DNA of 64,000 nucleotides, from positions 2,624,001-2,688,000 of the forward strand of contig CAWELD010000003.1 of NCBI GenBank assembly GCA_963809895.1. Direction: 5' to 3'. The notes beneath the pieces were generated by a model. That model made no database searches. It was not told where the DNA came from and saw only the letters and a list, made by a program, of their open reading frames with translations. Made by a program: the position numbers and the translations under genes. Within the stretch, counting starts at the first letter, position 1; the number at the start of each line of letters is the position of its first letter. This stretch comes from an uncultured Gemmatimonadales bacterium (GTDB taxonomy: Bacteria; Gemmatimonadota; Gemmatimonadetes; Longimicrobiales; Gaopeijiaceae). Shown here in pieces: positions 37,287 to 46,676 of the stretch.

Positions 37287-37990
37287 TGCTGACCTTCCGT
37301 GGTGTCAGCGCCGGCTATCGCAGGCGTCTCCGGCGGCAACCGGCGGTGGCCGAGCTGTATCTCCGCATCCGGCCCGGCGAAGTGACGGCGCTGGTGGGCC
37401 CCAACGGCGCCGGCAAGACCACGGTGCTCCGGTTGGCGCTGGGTAGCCTCCGGCCCTGGACCGGCCGGGTCGAGCGGCCGGCGCCCGGCGGCGCACGTTC
37501 GGGCTACCGGATCGGCCATCTGCCCGAACAGCTCGAGCTGCCCCGGCGGCCGACGCTGCGGCGCTTTCTGCGCTACGGGACCTTCCTCGCCGGCCTGCCT
37601 CCGTCGCTCCGGGACGACGCGGTCCGGGCTGCGGCGCGCGACACGGACCTGACCGACGCGCTGGATCGCGAGATGGGAGAGCTCTCCAGCGGGATGGGCC
37701 GGCGGGCGGCACTGGCCTTCACGCTGCTGGCGCGTCCTCCGGTCCTGCTTCTGGACGAGCCCTGGCGAGGCATCGATCCGGCGTCGCGAGCGACGCTCCG
37801 GAGGGTGGTGCGGGCCGAGGCCCGCCGCGGCGTGCTGGTGGTCGTCTCTTCGCACGAGCTCGCCGACGTGGCCCGCGTGGCCCAGCGGGTGCTGGTCCTG
37901 GCGGCCGGCCGCGTGCGCGCCGACCTGCGGGCGCCGCTGGACGCGGAGCGACTGGAGGACGTCCTCCTCGAGCGGGCCCGGGCCGGATGA
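37286..37990 (+). CDS. ABC transporter ATP-binding protein
   Basis: GPNGAGKTT, LSSGMGRR, LLLDEP, SSH; TGATG coupling. Confidence 0.92.
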   Translation: MLTFRGVSAGYRRRLRRQPAVAELYLRIRPGEVTALVGPNGAGKTTVLRLALGSLRPWTGRVERPAPGGARSGYRIGHLPEQLELPRRPTLRRFLRYGTFLAGLPPSLRDDAVRAAARDTDLTDALDREMGELSSGMGRRAALAFTLLARPPVLLLDEPWRGIDPASRATLRRVVRAEARRGVLVVVSSHELADVARVAQRVLVLAAGRVRADLRAPLDAERLEDVLLERARAG

Positions 37991-38739
37991 CCGCCTGGCT
38001 GGCCGGGCTGGTGGACGCGCTGGCGTTTCACCTCATGGCGCACCGCCGCCTGGCCATGGCGGCCGGGCTCACCGGCGTGGGCGGATCCGTGGCTGTGAGC
38101 CTGATGGGCGGTGGCACCCGGACCGGGGTCCCGAAGCCCGGCGCGCCCGTGATGGCGGCGGTCGTCGTCCTGGGCTTTGGCATCATGGCGGGCGCCGTGG
38201 GTGGCGAGGTCCGCTCCGGCCGCGCCGCGCTCTGGATGGGCATCAGCGGATCGCCGGGCCGCTGGCTGCGGTCGGAGCTGGCCCTGCGCACGCTGGCGTT
38301 GGGCGTTGTCGTCCTGACGGTGGTGCTTGCCGCCGCGCTGGCGCTCCTGCCCCTCGATCCCGCGGCCAGTCGCGGCCTGCTCCGCGGCGCCCCGACCCTG
38401 GCGGCGCTGGCTCTCCTGGTCGCCGCCGTGGGCTTCGGCTGTTCCGGCCTCACCGAGCGCCTCGATACGCTCCTGGCCAGCCTGTACGTGTTTCCGTGGA
38501 CCTTCGCGTTGGTCGGCGTGACCGCGGGCTGGCCGGCCGTGCCGCGCGGCCGGGCCCTGGCGCTGGCCTTTCCCCTGGACCCGCTCCTCTCGTTGGCGCC
38601 GGCGGGCGCGGTGGCCTCGGCGCCCCCGGTCGAGCCGGCCGCGGTGGTCCACCTCGTGGTCTTCTGGGGCGTGTGGGCCGCTCTGGGTCTGACGGGCGGG
38701 TGGCTGCGCGTGCGTCGCCGTCCGGGCCGCGCCGACTGA
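37987..38739 (+). CDS. ABC-2-type permease-like membrane protein
   Basis: About 6 hydrophobic segments; ATGA coupling to the ABC ATPase. Confidence 0.65.
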   Translation: MTAWLAGLVDALAFHLMAHRRLAMAAGLTGVGGSVAVSLMGGGTRTGVPKPGAPVMAAVVVLGFGIMAGAVGGEVRSGRAALWMGISGSPGRWLRSELALRTLALGVVVLTVVLAAALALLPLDPAASRGLLRGAPTLAALALLVAAVGFGCSGLTERLDTLLASLYVFPWTFALVGVTAGWPAVPRGRALALAFPLDPLLSLAPAGAVASAPPVEPAAVVHLVVFWGVWAALGLTGGWLRVRRRPGRAD

Positions 38740-38808
38740 TCCGGCCCGGGGGCGGGCGACTCAGGGGGGCTTGCACCCGCGGCCGCACCCCACTCCTTCA
38801 ACGCCCTT

Positions 38809-39594
38809 CTAGGGCGCCGCACCGCTCTCCAGGACCCGGGTCAGCACCGGCACGTCGATGGCCGCCGACGGGGCCAGGATCGCCGCCGCCTCCACCGCGT
38901 GGGCGAGCTGCCGGACGTTTCCGGGCCAGGCGTGGGTCTCCAGGAGCTCGCGCGCGGCCGTCGTGAAGGTCCGGTCCCCGGTGCCGTGACGCATGACCGC
39001 GCGGCGCAGGAACCGGCGCGCCAGCGGCAGGACGTCCTCCGTCCGCTCTCGCAGCGGTGGGAGCGTCACGCGCAGGAGCGCGATCCGGTGATACAGATCG
39101 GAGCGGAATCCCCCGCGCTCGAGCTCCTCGGCCAGCGTCCGGCAGGTGGCGGACACCAGGCGCAGGTCGAGCGCGCGCCGCTCGGTGGATCCCACCGGCC
39201 GCACCCAGCGTTCCTCGACGGCCACCAGGAGCTTGGCCTGTTGCCTGAGGGGCATGTCGCCCACCTCGTCCAGGAAGAGCGTCCCGCCGTCGGCGGCGGC
39301 CATGAGCCCCTCACGCGGCCGGTCGGCCCCGGTGAAGGCGCCCCGGACGTGCCCGAAGAGCTCACTCTCGAAGAGGGTGTCGGGGATGCCGGCGCAGTTC
39401 AGCGACACGAAAGGTCCGCCCGCCCGCGGGCTGCCCGCGTGGATCAGGCGAGCGACGTGACCCTTGCCGGTCCCGGTCTCGCCCTGGACCAGCACCGGCG
39501 CGTCCACACCGGCGGCGCGTTCGATGAAGGCACGGACCCGCCGCAGGGACGGACTGCGGCCCAGCAGGGGCGGAGGCGCTTGGAGCTGCGACAT
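38809..39594 (-). CDS. Sigma54-interaction AAA+ activator, stand-alone domain
   Basis: GETGTGKG, ESELFGHVRGAFTGA, LFLDEV, FRSDLYHRI, WPGNVRQL; no receiver domain, no Fis-type HTH. Confidence 0.9.
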   Translation of the reverse strand: MSQLQAPPPLLGRSPSLRRVRAFIERAAGVDAPVLVQGETGTGKGHVARLIHAGSPRAGGPFVSLNCAGIPDTLFESELFGHVRGAFTGADRPREGLMAAADGGTLFLDEVGDMPLRQQAKLLVAVEERWVRPVGSTERRALDLRLVSATCRTLAEELERGGFRSDLYHRIALLRVTLPPLRERTEDVLPLARRFLRRAVMRHGTGDRTFTTAARELLETHAWPGNVRQLAHAVEAAAILAPSAAIDVPVLTRVLESGAAP

Positions 39595-39723
39595 GTCGGG
39601 TGCGGAGCAGACGGAAACCCGGCCGACGCGGAGCGCCGGCGCACTGTCGCACGATGATATGGGGAGGGGGGCGGACCCATGGTCCGAGGGGCCCGCTTGT
39701 ACGCGGGCTGGAAACTCAGGCGG

Positions 39724-39939
39724 TCACTTGTACCGGTACGTGACCCGACCCTTGCTCAGGTCGTACGGGGACAGCTCGACCTTCACCCGGTCGCCTTCCA
39801 GCACCCGGATGTAGTTCTGCCGCATCTTGCCCGACAGATAGGCCAGCACTTCGTGTCCGTTCTCCAACTCGACGCGGAAGGTCGCGTTGGGCAGGACCTC
39901 GCTGACGGTTCCTTCGATTTCGATCGCTTCCTTCGCCAC
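39724..39939 (-). CDS. infA: Translation initiation factor IF-1
   Basis: GTG start; [37 protein letters not shown]. Confidence 0.97.
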   Translation of the reverse strand: MAKEAIEIEGTVSEVLPNATFRVELENGHEVLAYLSGKMRQNYIRVLEGDRVKVELSPYDLSKGRVTYRYK

Positions 39940-40034
39940 TTGACCTCTACTGGTTCGTCTCCGGGGTGACCCCCTCACCCCGCGAGCCCTTACTCTAGCC
40001 CTGAGAGTGGCGATAAATCAACAACGCCCCGCGA

Positions 40035-42416
40035 TCAGTAGCGGAACCGATAGCTCGCCTTGACGAAGATGCCGTCGGCCTGGGGCTGCAGATCCCGGAA
40101 GCCGAAGGCCCTGGGGTCGTCCCAGTCGCGCGTCCATCCCAGGAAGAACACCGTGCCCGGCGAGGGCTCGTAGGACAACAGTGCCTCTGCGTGCATGTCG
40201 TTCGCGTCGGAGCCCGCACGCACCTCGCACGCCCCGTCCTCGCAGCCGAGCAGCCTGCGACCCGTCACCGGGTCCACCAGCTCCTGCCGCTCCTGGGCCG
40301 CGTATTCCATGATCCAGCGCACGAACAGCGAGCGCGAGAATTGATACTGGGCACGGATGCGGGGAATGGTCGCGTTGGAGAAGATCTCGCCGCTGCCCTT
40401 CCGGCGGAGCGTCTCGTGGCGCACCCCCACCTCGGCCCGGAGCGAGCGGGTGGGCAGGAGCGTGAGGCTCAGGTTTCCGGACCAGGACGTGGCGGGCTGC
40501 ACCGGCACGTCCAACGTGCGGTCGAAGATGGGCTGCTCCTTGACGTCGAGCTGGAGGCTGCCCCGCACGCGCTCCCAGGGGCTGAAGAAGCCGTGCAGGC
40601 TCACGCCGTCCATCCCCGAGAAGAGGGCCGGATCGGGGCGGAAGGCCGCCGGATCCGTGCCCTGGTCGACGGGATCGACGAACAGCCCCTCGTAGTCCGA
40701 GGGCAAGAAGCGGAAGCGGTCGCGCGTGTAGCTGAGAAACGCCGAGATGTTGCCGCGCAGCGACAGTGAGACGCCAGCCTGGAGTTGGCGCTCCTGCAGG
40801 CGTCCGGCGCTCCAGAAGTCGGGATGCTGCCAGACCCCCTGGAATTCCGCGTAGGGACCGACCCGCTCCAGCAGGGCACCGCTGGGTCCGTACAGGTTGT
40901 AACGCAGGGTGGAGTGGAGTTGGGCCACCCCGGTGCGGCGGATGAACCCGCTGCCCGCCTCGAAGTCGTCCTGGGAATCCTCCAGCTCGGCCTCGTACGA
41001 GAAGCCGCGCCCGGACCGCTCCAGCTTCGCGTACAGGAACGACCCTTCACGGGCGTCGGTGGCGTCGGGCTCACCCGTGAAGCTGTAGGCCCCCAGCAGC
41101 GACAGCGTGTTGCGCTGGGCGAAGACCAGCCGCGTATCGAGTCCCCCGACCCGGTTGTACGCGCCCCCACCAGTGCGGTCCGTGAAGAGGAGCCCCGCCG
41201 TGGAGCTGCCACCGAAGTCGCGCCGCAGACGCATCAGGTTGACCACCTGATCGTCGGCGTCGCTCACCTCGTCCACCGCCCCGAGGTAGCCCAGGTTGAA
41301 GGAGCCCACCTTGCCGGTGATCTTCGCCCCGGCCACGGGGTTCACCACCGACCGCGTGTAGATGAGCTGGCGCGGCAGCGAGAAGATCTCGGTGCCTTCG
41401 AGAAAGAACGGCCTCTTCTCGGGAAAGAAGACGGCGAAGCGCTCGTTGACCACGATCTGGCCGGCATCGGCCTCGACCTGCGAGAAGTCGGGGTTGTAGG
41501 TGCCGTCCAGCGTCAGGTTGGAGGTGAGCCCGTAGGTGAGGTTGAGGCCGAAGTCACCGGTGGGGTCGTCGTGGCTGAGTTGGCCGGACTCCTCGTCCAG
41601 CGCGCCGACCCGGCGGGCCGTGACCACCGGGTTCACCTCGAGAAAGAGCCCGGTCTTCAGGTCCTGCAGCCCCTCCAGGGCACCGGTCTGGGCGAGCTTG
41701 TTGGAGATGTTCGCGGTGATGGGCGCCCAGGACTGCTGGTAGCCGTTGCGCTGGATGCGCCGGAGCACGTTGATGCCCCATCGCTGCACCGGCAGCTGCC
41801 GGAAGCGCAGGCTCTTGAAGGGGATGCGTACCTCCACCGACCATCCCCACGGCTGGATCTGCCCACCGCTCTCCCAGATGAAGTCCGGGTTGTCGTCGAT
41901 GGGATCCCCGAATCCCCCGCCGCGTCGTCCACCGCCCCCCTCCACCCACAGGCCGTCCTGCTGCACGCCGAGAGGGTTCACGGTGAATACGTAGGCGCGC
42001 CGCTGGTCGTCGAAGGTGTCCAGCACCAGGCGCACGTAGTCGTCGTTGCGCGACACGTTGTCCCGCTCTGCCAGGGTGGCGCGCACTCCCTCGGGCCGGT
42101 CATCGTAGGCACGGACGCCGAAGTAGACGGCGTCGCGCGAGATGAACACGAGGGCCTCGGTCTTCTGCGAGGCCGGCGCGCCTTCCACCGGATCGTACTG
42201 GGTGAACGAGCGCAGGACGGCGGCCGAGTCCCAGACGGCCTCGTCGAGGGCGCCGTCGATGTGGACGGCGTCGCCGTCGAGATGCGGGGTCGCGATCTCC
42301 AGCTCCCCTGCCGAGCCGGCATAGGAAAGACCGTCCACACCGGGCACGCCGGTGATGGTATCGAGGGCGGCGACCGGCTGGGTCGCCGTGACAAGCGCCA
42401 GAAGGAGGTGCAGCAT
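40035..42416 (-). CDS. CBM9-like + DUF5916-like outer-membrane protein
   Basis: DGALDEAVW, LDTFDDQRRAY.F.VNPLG, EVRIPFKSLRF, NPDFSQVEAD, FPEKRPFFLEG; ends YRFRY. Confidence 0.85.
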   Translation of the reverse strand: MLHLLLALVTATQPVAALDTITGVPGVDGLSYAGSAGELEIATPHLDGDAVHIDGALDEAVWDSAAVLRSFTQYDPVEGAPASQKTEALVFISRDAVYFGVRAYDDRPEGVRATLAERDNVSRNDDYVRLVLDTFDDQRRAYVFTVNPLGVQQDGLWVEGGGGRRGGGFGDPIDDNPDFIWESGGQIQPWGWSVEVRIPFKSLRFRQLPVQRWGINVLRRIQRNGYQQSWAPITANISNKLAQTGALEGLQDLKTGLFLEVNPVVTARRVGALDEESGQLSHDDPTGDFGLNLTYGLTSNLTLDGTYNPDFSQVEADAGQIVVNERFAVFFPEKRPFFLEGTEIFSLPRQLIYTRSVVNPVAGAKITGKVGSFNLGYLGAVDEVSDADDQVVNLMRLRRDFGGSSTAGLLFTDRTGGGAYNRVGGLDTRLVFAQRNTLSLLGAYSFTGEPDATDAREGSFLYAKLERSGRGFSYEAELEDSQDDFEAGSGFIRRTGVAQLHSTLRYNLYGPSGALLERVGPYAEFQGVWQHPDFWSAGRLQERQLQAGVSLSLRGNISAFLSYTRDRFRFLPSDYEGLFVDPVDQGTDPAAFRPDPALFSGMDGVSLHGFFSPWERVRGSLQLDVKEQPIFDRTLDVPVQPATSWSGNLSLTLLPTRSLRAEVGVRHETLRRKGSGEIFSNATIPRIRAQYQFSRSLFVRWIMEYAAQERQELVDPVTGRRLLGCEDGACEVRAGSDANDMHAEALLSYEPSPGTVFFLGWTRDWDDPRAFGFRDLQPQADGIFVKASYRFRY

Positions 42417-42494
42417 GAACCTGCTGAGAGTGGACCGGGCATCCCCATCGGGGGGCGCGCGAATCTACCCGAACCCGAGGGCCAAGGTCCAGAG

Positions 42495-42722
42495 ATGACT
42501 CCCACATCGCATGCTCGGTACTCGCGCGAGGAAGAGCGCCGCTTGCGCGAGAACCTGGACGCGGGCCAGCCCGCGGTCTGTCCCCGGTGCGCGACCCCCC
42601 TGGAGGCGCGGCAGGTGCCGCCGCGCGCAGGGGTCTCCTACGTGCGCCGCCGCGTCTGGTACGTGTGCGGGGGCTGCGGCGGGAGCCTGGTCGTGGACCG
42701 CCCGCGCCGTCCCCGGGGGTGA
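42495..42722 (+). CDS. Small zinc-ribbon-like protein
   Basis: CPRC...CGGC, 75 aa. Confidence 0.65.
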   Translation: MTPTSHARYSREEERRLRENLDAGQPAVCPRCATPLEARQVPPRAGVSYVRRRVWYVCGGCGGSLVVDRPRRPRG

Positions 42723-42807
42723 GGGGCGCGCGTCCCCTGGTGTTGCCCCGCCGTGTCTCGACGACCAGCTTGCCCCGACCCCCGAAACCGATGCCAGTGG
42801 AGTGATC

Positions 42808-43728
42808 ATGACCCGTGCCCCCTTCGTCGCCGTCTGGTCGCTGTGTGTGGCGGCTTCCGCGGCACCCCTCGTCGCGCAGACGCCCGGGCGTGAGCCCGCC
42901 GTGGTGGAGCTGTCCGGCAGCAGTCGGGCCCTCGCCCTCGGTCACGCGTTCCAACTGGACGGGAGCGACAGCGACGCCGTCTTCTACAATCCCGCCGTCG
43001 CGAGCCGCGCCCAGGGGTTCGGCATGGGGATCTACTGGCTGGGCAAGGGGGCCCGTTCCTATACGGTCTCCGCAGCCACGCCGTGGTACGGGGGCGGGGT
43101 CGCGGTCGGCCTCCAGACCCTGGAATACGGCGCGCCCGACGGCCCGGGCGCGCGAGGCGGCGGGCTGGAGCCCGTCATGGAGGACGGCAGCCCGGGCGCG
43201 GGTGAGATGGTGGCGACGCTCGCCTACGGCCGAGACCTGTTCGGCTTCCGCGTAGGGGTGGCCGGCAAGCTCATCGATCAGCGCTTCGGCGGCGCCCGCA
43301 CCCAGTCGCTGGCCGGCGACGTGGGCGTGGCCCGCTCGCTCGGGCCGGGATGGGCGGGGCTGGCGGTGCGCAACCTGGGAGACCAGCAGACGATCGGCGG
43401 CGTCGACGTGGATCTGCCCACGGAGGTCACGCTGGGATGGGGGGCGTACGGAAGGCCCCTGGGTCCGTTGGACGTGGGAGCCGCCGGGGCCGTCACCCGA
43501 CGGGCCGACGGCGAGGTGCTCTACGGCGGCGGCATCGAGCTGGGCTACTGGCCGGTGATCGGACGCACGTTCGTGGCGCGCATCGGAGTCCGCAACGTGC
43601 CCGAGGGCGAAGCCAGCCCGGTGACCTTCGGCGGCTCCTACTGGGGCGACGACCTGGTGCTCGAGTACGCCTTCCAGCCCACCGACGGTAGCAAGGGCAT
43701 CCACCGCTTCACGGTGGGGTGGCGCTGA
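42808..43728 (+). CDS. PorV/PorQ/FadL-like outer-membrane beta-barrel protein
   Basis: Signal peptide; SRALALG..AVFYNPA, alternating beta strands, ends HRFTVGWR. Confidence 0.65.
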   Translation: MTRAPFVAVWSLCVAASAAPLVAQTPGREPAVVELSGSSRALALGHAFQLDGSDSDAVFYNPAVASRAQGFGMGIYWLGKGARSYTVSAATPWYGGGVAVGLQTLEYGAPDGPGARGGGLEPVMEDGSPGAGEMVATLAYGRDLFGFRVGVAGKLIDQRFGGARTQSLAGDVGVARSLGPGWAGLAVRNLGDQQTIGGVDVDLPTEVTLGWGAYGRPLGPLDVGAAGAVTRRADGEVLYGGGIELGYWPVIGRTFVARIGVRNVPEGEASPVTFGGSYWGDDLVLEYAFQPTDGSKGIHRFTVGWR

Positions 43729-43740
43729 GCGAAGGCTCCG

Positions 43741-45697
43741 CTACGGGCGCGGCGCCCCGTTCACGCGCGCCGACCAGAACGCCGGATCCAGATTCGAGAA
43801 GCCGAGCTCGTCCATGACCACCTCGCCGGCGGTGGCCCGGTCGAACACCAGGCGCACGGCCCGGATGTGCGACAGGTCGAGCCGCCCCTCCAGTGCCTCG
43901 AAGTCCGAGAGCGGGATCACGTAGGTCTGGAGCACCATCTCCCAGTGCTGGGCACTGGCCTCCTGGTCCTTGCGGCGCAGGGTGTGGATCTCCAGCGGAC
44001 GCCGTACGGGCCCGTAGCGGCTCAACGCCACCTCGGCCGTGCGTCCCGCGCCGTCCTCCAGCTCCACAGAGAGATCCACCGGCGGCTTGTCGTCGTCACC
44101 GCCGGACGAGCGCCCGCGGCCTCCACCGCCCGAGCGGCCTCCGCGTTCCGCGTCTCCCTCCGGAGGCCGGCGCGGCCCGGGCATCCCCTGCGTAGCCGCC
44201 AGCGACAGCTGCACCGAGGAGGAACCGTCCAGCGCCCAGCGTTGCGCCAACCCCGGCGGGAGCTCGGCCGAGAACCGGGCCGGGGGCCCCATACGCGTCG
44301 TGTCGGCGCCGGCCAGACGGTTGTTCCACGCCAGCCGGACGGCCTGGTTGTCCTGCGACGCCGACGTGTTGTTCCGGTTGCGTGAGCGCAGCTCGAGCTG
44401 CTCCTCCTTCCAGGTGGCCAGGCTGTCGCCCATGAGGCGCACCCCGTCCGTGCTGCCGGTGGTGACGTCCACGTCTTCCTCGAAGGTGGCCAGCGGCTTG
44501 AACGAGCTGTCCATGAAGCGCGTCACGTACATGGTCTTGGGCAGCCACTGCCCGATGACGCGGTGGTCCCGGAACATGGGTAGCCAGCGCTTGTCGTCGT
44601 GCAGATTGGCCTCCAGGAAGGCCGTGATGTAGAGCTCGGCGAAGCGCCGCTGATCCTGGGGAGGAACCAGGTAGCGCAGGTCCAGGATGCGGGCGCTGCG
44701 CGGACCGTTGTCGTGGTTGTTCCAGACCGTGTTCCACTGGCCGTGGTTCGCCCGGTACATGTAGATGGCGGACTTGAAGTGGTACCCGCCGTCGGTGAAG
44801 CGCAGCCGGTCCCAGATGCGCAGCCCGTGGAAGCTGCTGACGTCGCCGTCGTGGGAGCCGTGGAAGACCAGGTAGCTCACGTTCTCCAGGGGCATGGAGC
44901 GCCCCGTGGGCAGGTACTGGCCGTCGACGGGGGCGATGGACACCACCGCGCGGATGTCGAAGCCGAAATCGAAGGTCAGCGAGGCATCGTCGGGATAGCG
45001 GGACAGGCGGTTGAAGGCCGCGGCGATGGGCGCCGCCTCGCCCCCCCGCGAATGGCCCATCACGGCGATCCGGGACATGTCGACCTTGCCCTGGAACGGG
45101 CTGTCCTCCATGGCGTTGAATCGCTTCCACTCCTGAAGGTGCTTCGAGGAGCAGCCAGCCCCGGGCGTCGTTCTCGCCTCGAATCCCCCCGTTGATGAAG
45201 TTCATGTCCACCGAGGCCAGGATGAAGCCGCGGCTGGCCAGCAGGTTGCCCAGGTAGTCGTAGCCCGGATCCGAGAAGTCCTTCATGTCGTGGTTGCCGT
45301 GCACCACCAGCACCAGCGGGAAGGGGCCGTCACCCCGCGGATACCACACCCGGGCGTTGAGGGGCATCTCCTTGGGCGTGAATCCCCAGTACTCGTTGCG
45401 CTCCTTCGCCGACCGGCCCAGGTCCACCAGCTTGGAGCCGTCGACGGACTCGGTGGTGAGCGTCACCGAGTCGCGGTAGACGGCCCGGTTCTTGTCGGTG
45501 CCGCTGCCGTAGTAGAGCGTCTCCACGGCGAACGGCCCCGGGTCGGCCGGATCCGGAGCCTCGAGCGCCTGGTGGGCCAGCACCGTGCCGGCGTCGTTGG
45601 GGGTGACCTGGAGCGTCCCCCGACAGCCGGACAGCGCGAGGGTCGAGACGGTCAGGAACGGAAGAAGCCGACGAATGCGGGGCACGATCTGGCGCAT
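43741..45697 (-). CDS. Alpha/beta-hydrolase lipoprotein (apparent frameshift at ~45145)
   Basis: Lipobox LSGC; GPFPLVLVVHGNH, GYDYLGNLLASRG, GHSRGG nucleophile elbow, HDGDV, ANHGQWN. Confidence 0.85.
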
Positions 45698-45854
45698 GGT
45701 CTCTCGGGTGGGCGACGCTGCGAGGGTTCCGACCGCCGATTGTAGGCCGGCGTTTGCCGCCGCGCCACGGGCCGCCCCCCTCGACCGGACTCGCGACGCG
45801 GGGTAGCTTCTCTGTCCCCGAGCCTCCCGCCTCTCCCCACACCCATCCGGAACC

Positions 45855-46331
45855 ATGGCAAATCGCCACGTCACCATCGAGACCAATCACGGGACCGTCA
45901 CGGTCGAGCTCTTCGAAGACGCGGCCCCGAAGACCACCGGCAACTTCGTCGAGCTCGCCGACAAGGGCTTCTACGACGGCGTCGTCTTTCACCGGGTCAT
46001 CGACGGCTTCATGATCCAGGGCGGCGACCCCACCGGCACGGGCCGCGGCGGGCCGGGCTACCAGATTCCCGACGAGTTCGGACCGGGGCTCGCCCACGAC
46101 CGGGCCGGTGTCCTGTCCATGGCCAACGCCGGCCCCAACACCGGCGGCTCCCAGTTCTTCATCACGCTGGCGCCCACGCCCTGGCTCGACGGCAAGCACG
46201 CCATCTTCGGCAAGGTCGTCGGGGGGATGGACGTGGTGCAGGCCATCGGCAAGGTGGATACGGACCGCTCCGATCGGCCGGTGGACGAGGTGGTGATGGA
46301 GTCGGTGACGGTGGAGAGCGCCGGCGACTGA
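45855..46331 (+). CDS. Peptidyl-prolyl cis-trans isomerase, cyclophilin type
   Basis: [37 protein letters not shown]. Confidence 0.96.
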   Translation: MANRHVTIETNHGTVTVELFEDAAPKTTGNFVELADKGFYDGVVFHRVIDGFMIQGGDPTGTGRGGPGYQIPDEFGPGLAHDRAGVLSMANAGPNTGGSQFFITLAPTPWLDGKHAIFGKVVGGMDVVQAIGKVDTDRSDRPVDEVVMESVTVESAGD

Positions 46332-46353
46332 CCGCCGGACGCGCGCCGCAATC

Positions 46354-46605
46354 CTACCCGTCGTCCTCGGTACGGAGCTCCACGACGGGCTCGCCGCCCG
46401 AGTACCGCACCGTGACCCGCCAGGGCCGGCAGCACACGGGGCAGTCCTCCACGTACTCCTGGCGCGCGCCGCCTCCCGGATCCACCACGATCTCCACGGA
46501 CTCGCCGCAGTAGGGACACGAGGCGTGGGCCAGGCTGTCGGCCACGCCGTCGCCCAGCGGGAAGTCCCGGCTCAGGGGATCGGGGGGATCGGCAAAGCGC
46601 ACCAT
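46354..46605 (-). CDS. CPXCG-motif cysteine-rich protein
   Basis: CPYCGE..QEYVEDCPVCCRPW. Confidence 0.85.
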   Translation of the reverse strand: MVRFADPPDPLSRDFPLGDGVADSLAHASCPYCGESVEIVVDPGGGARQEYVEDCPVCCRPWRVTVRYSGGEPVVELRTEDDG

Positions 46606-46676
46606 GGTTCGGGGTACACCGGCGCCGGCGCCGCCGATCCGCGGGCCTGCGGATCGGGGCCCGGTCGACCCACCGA

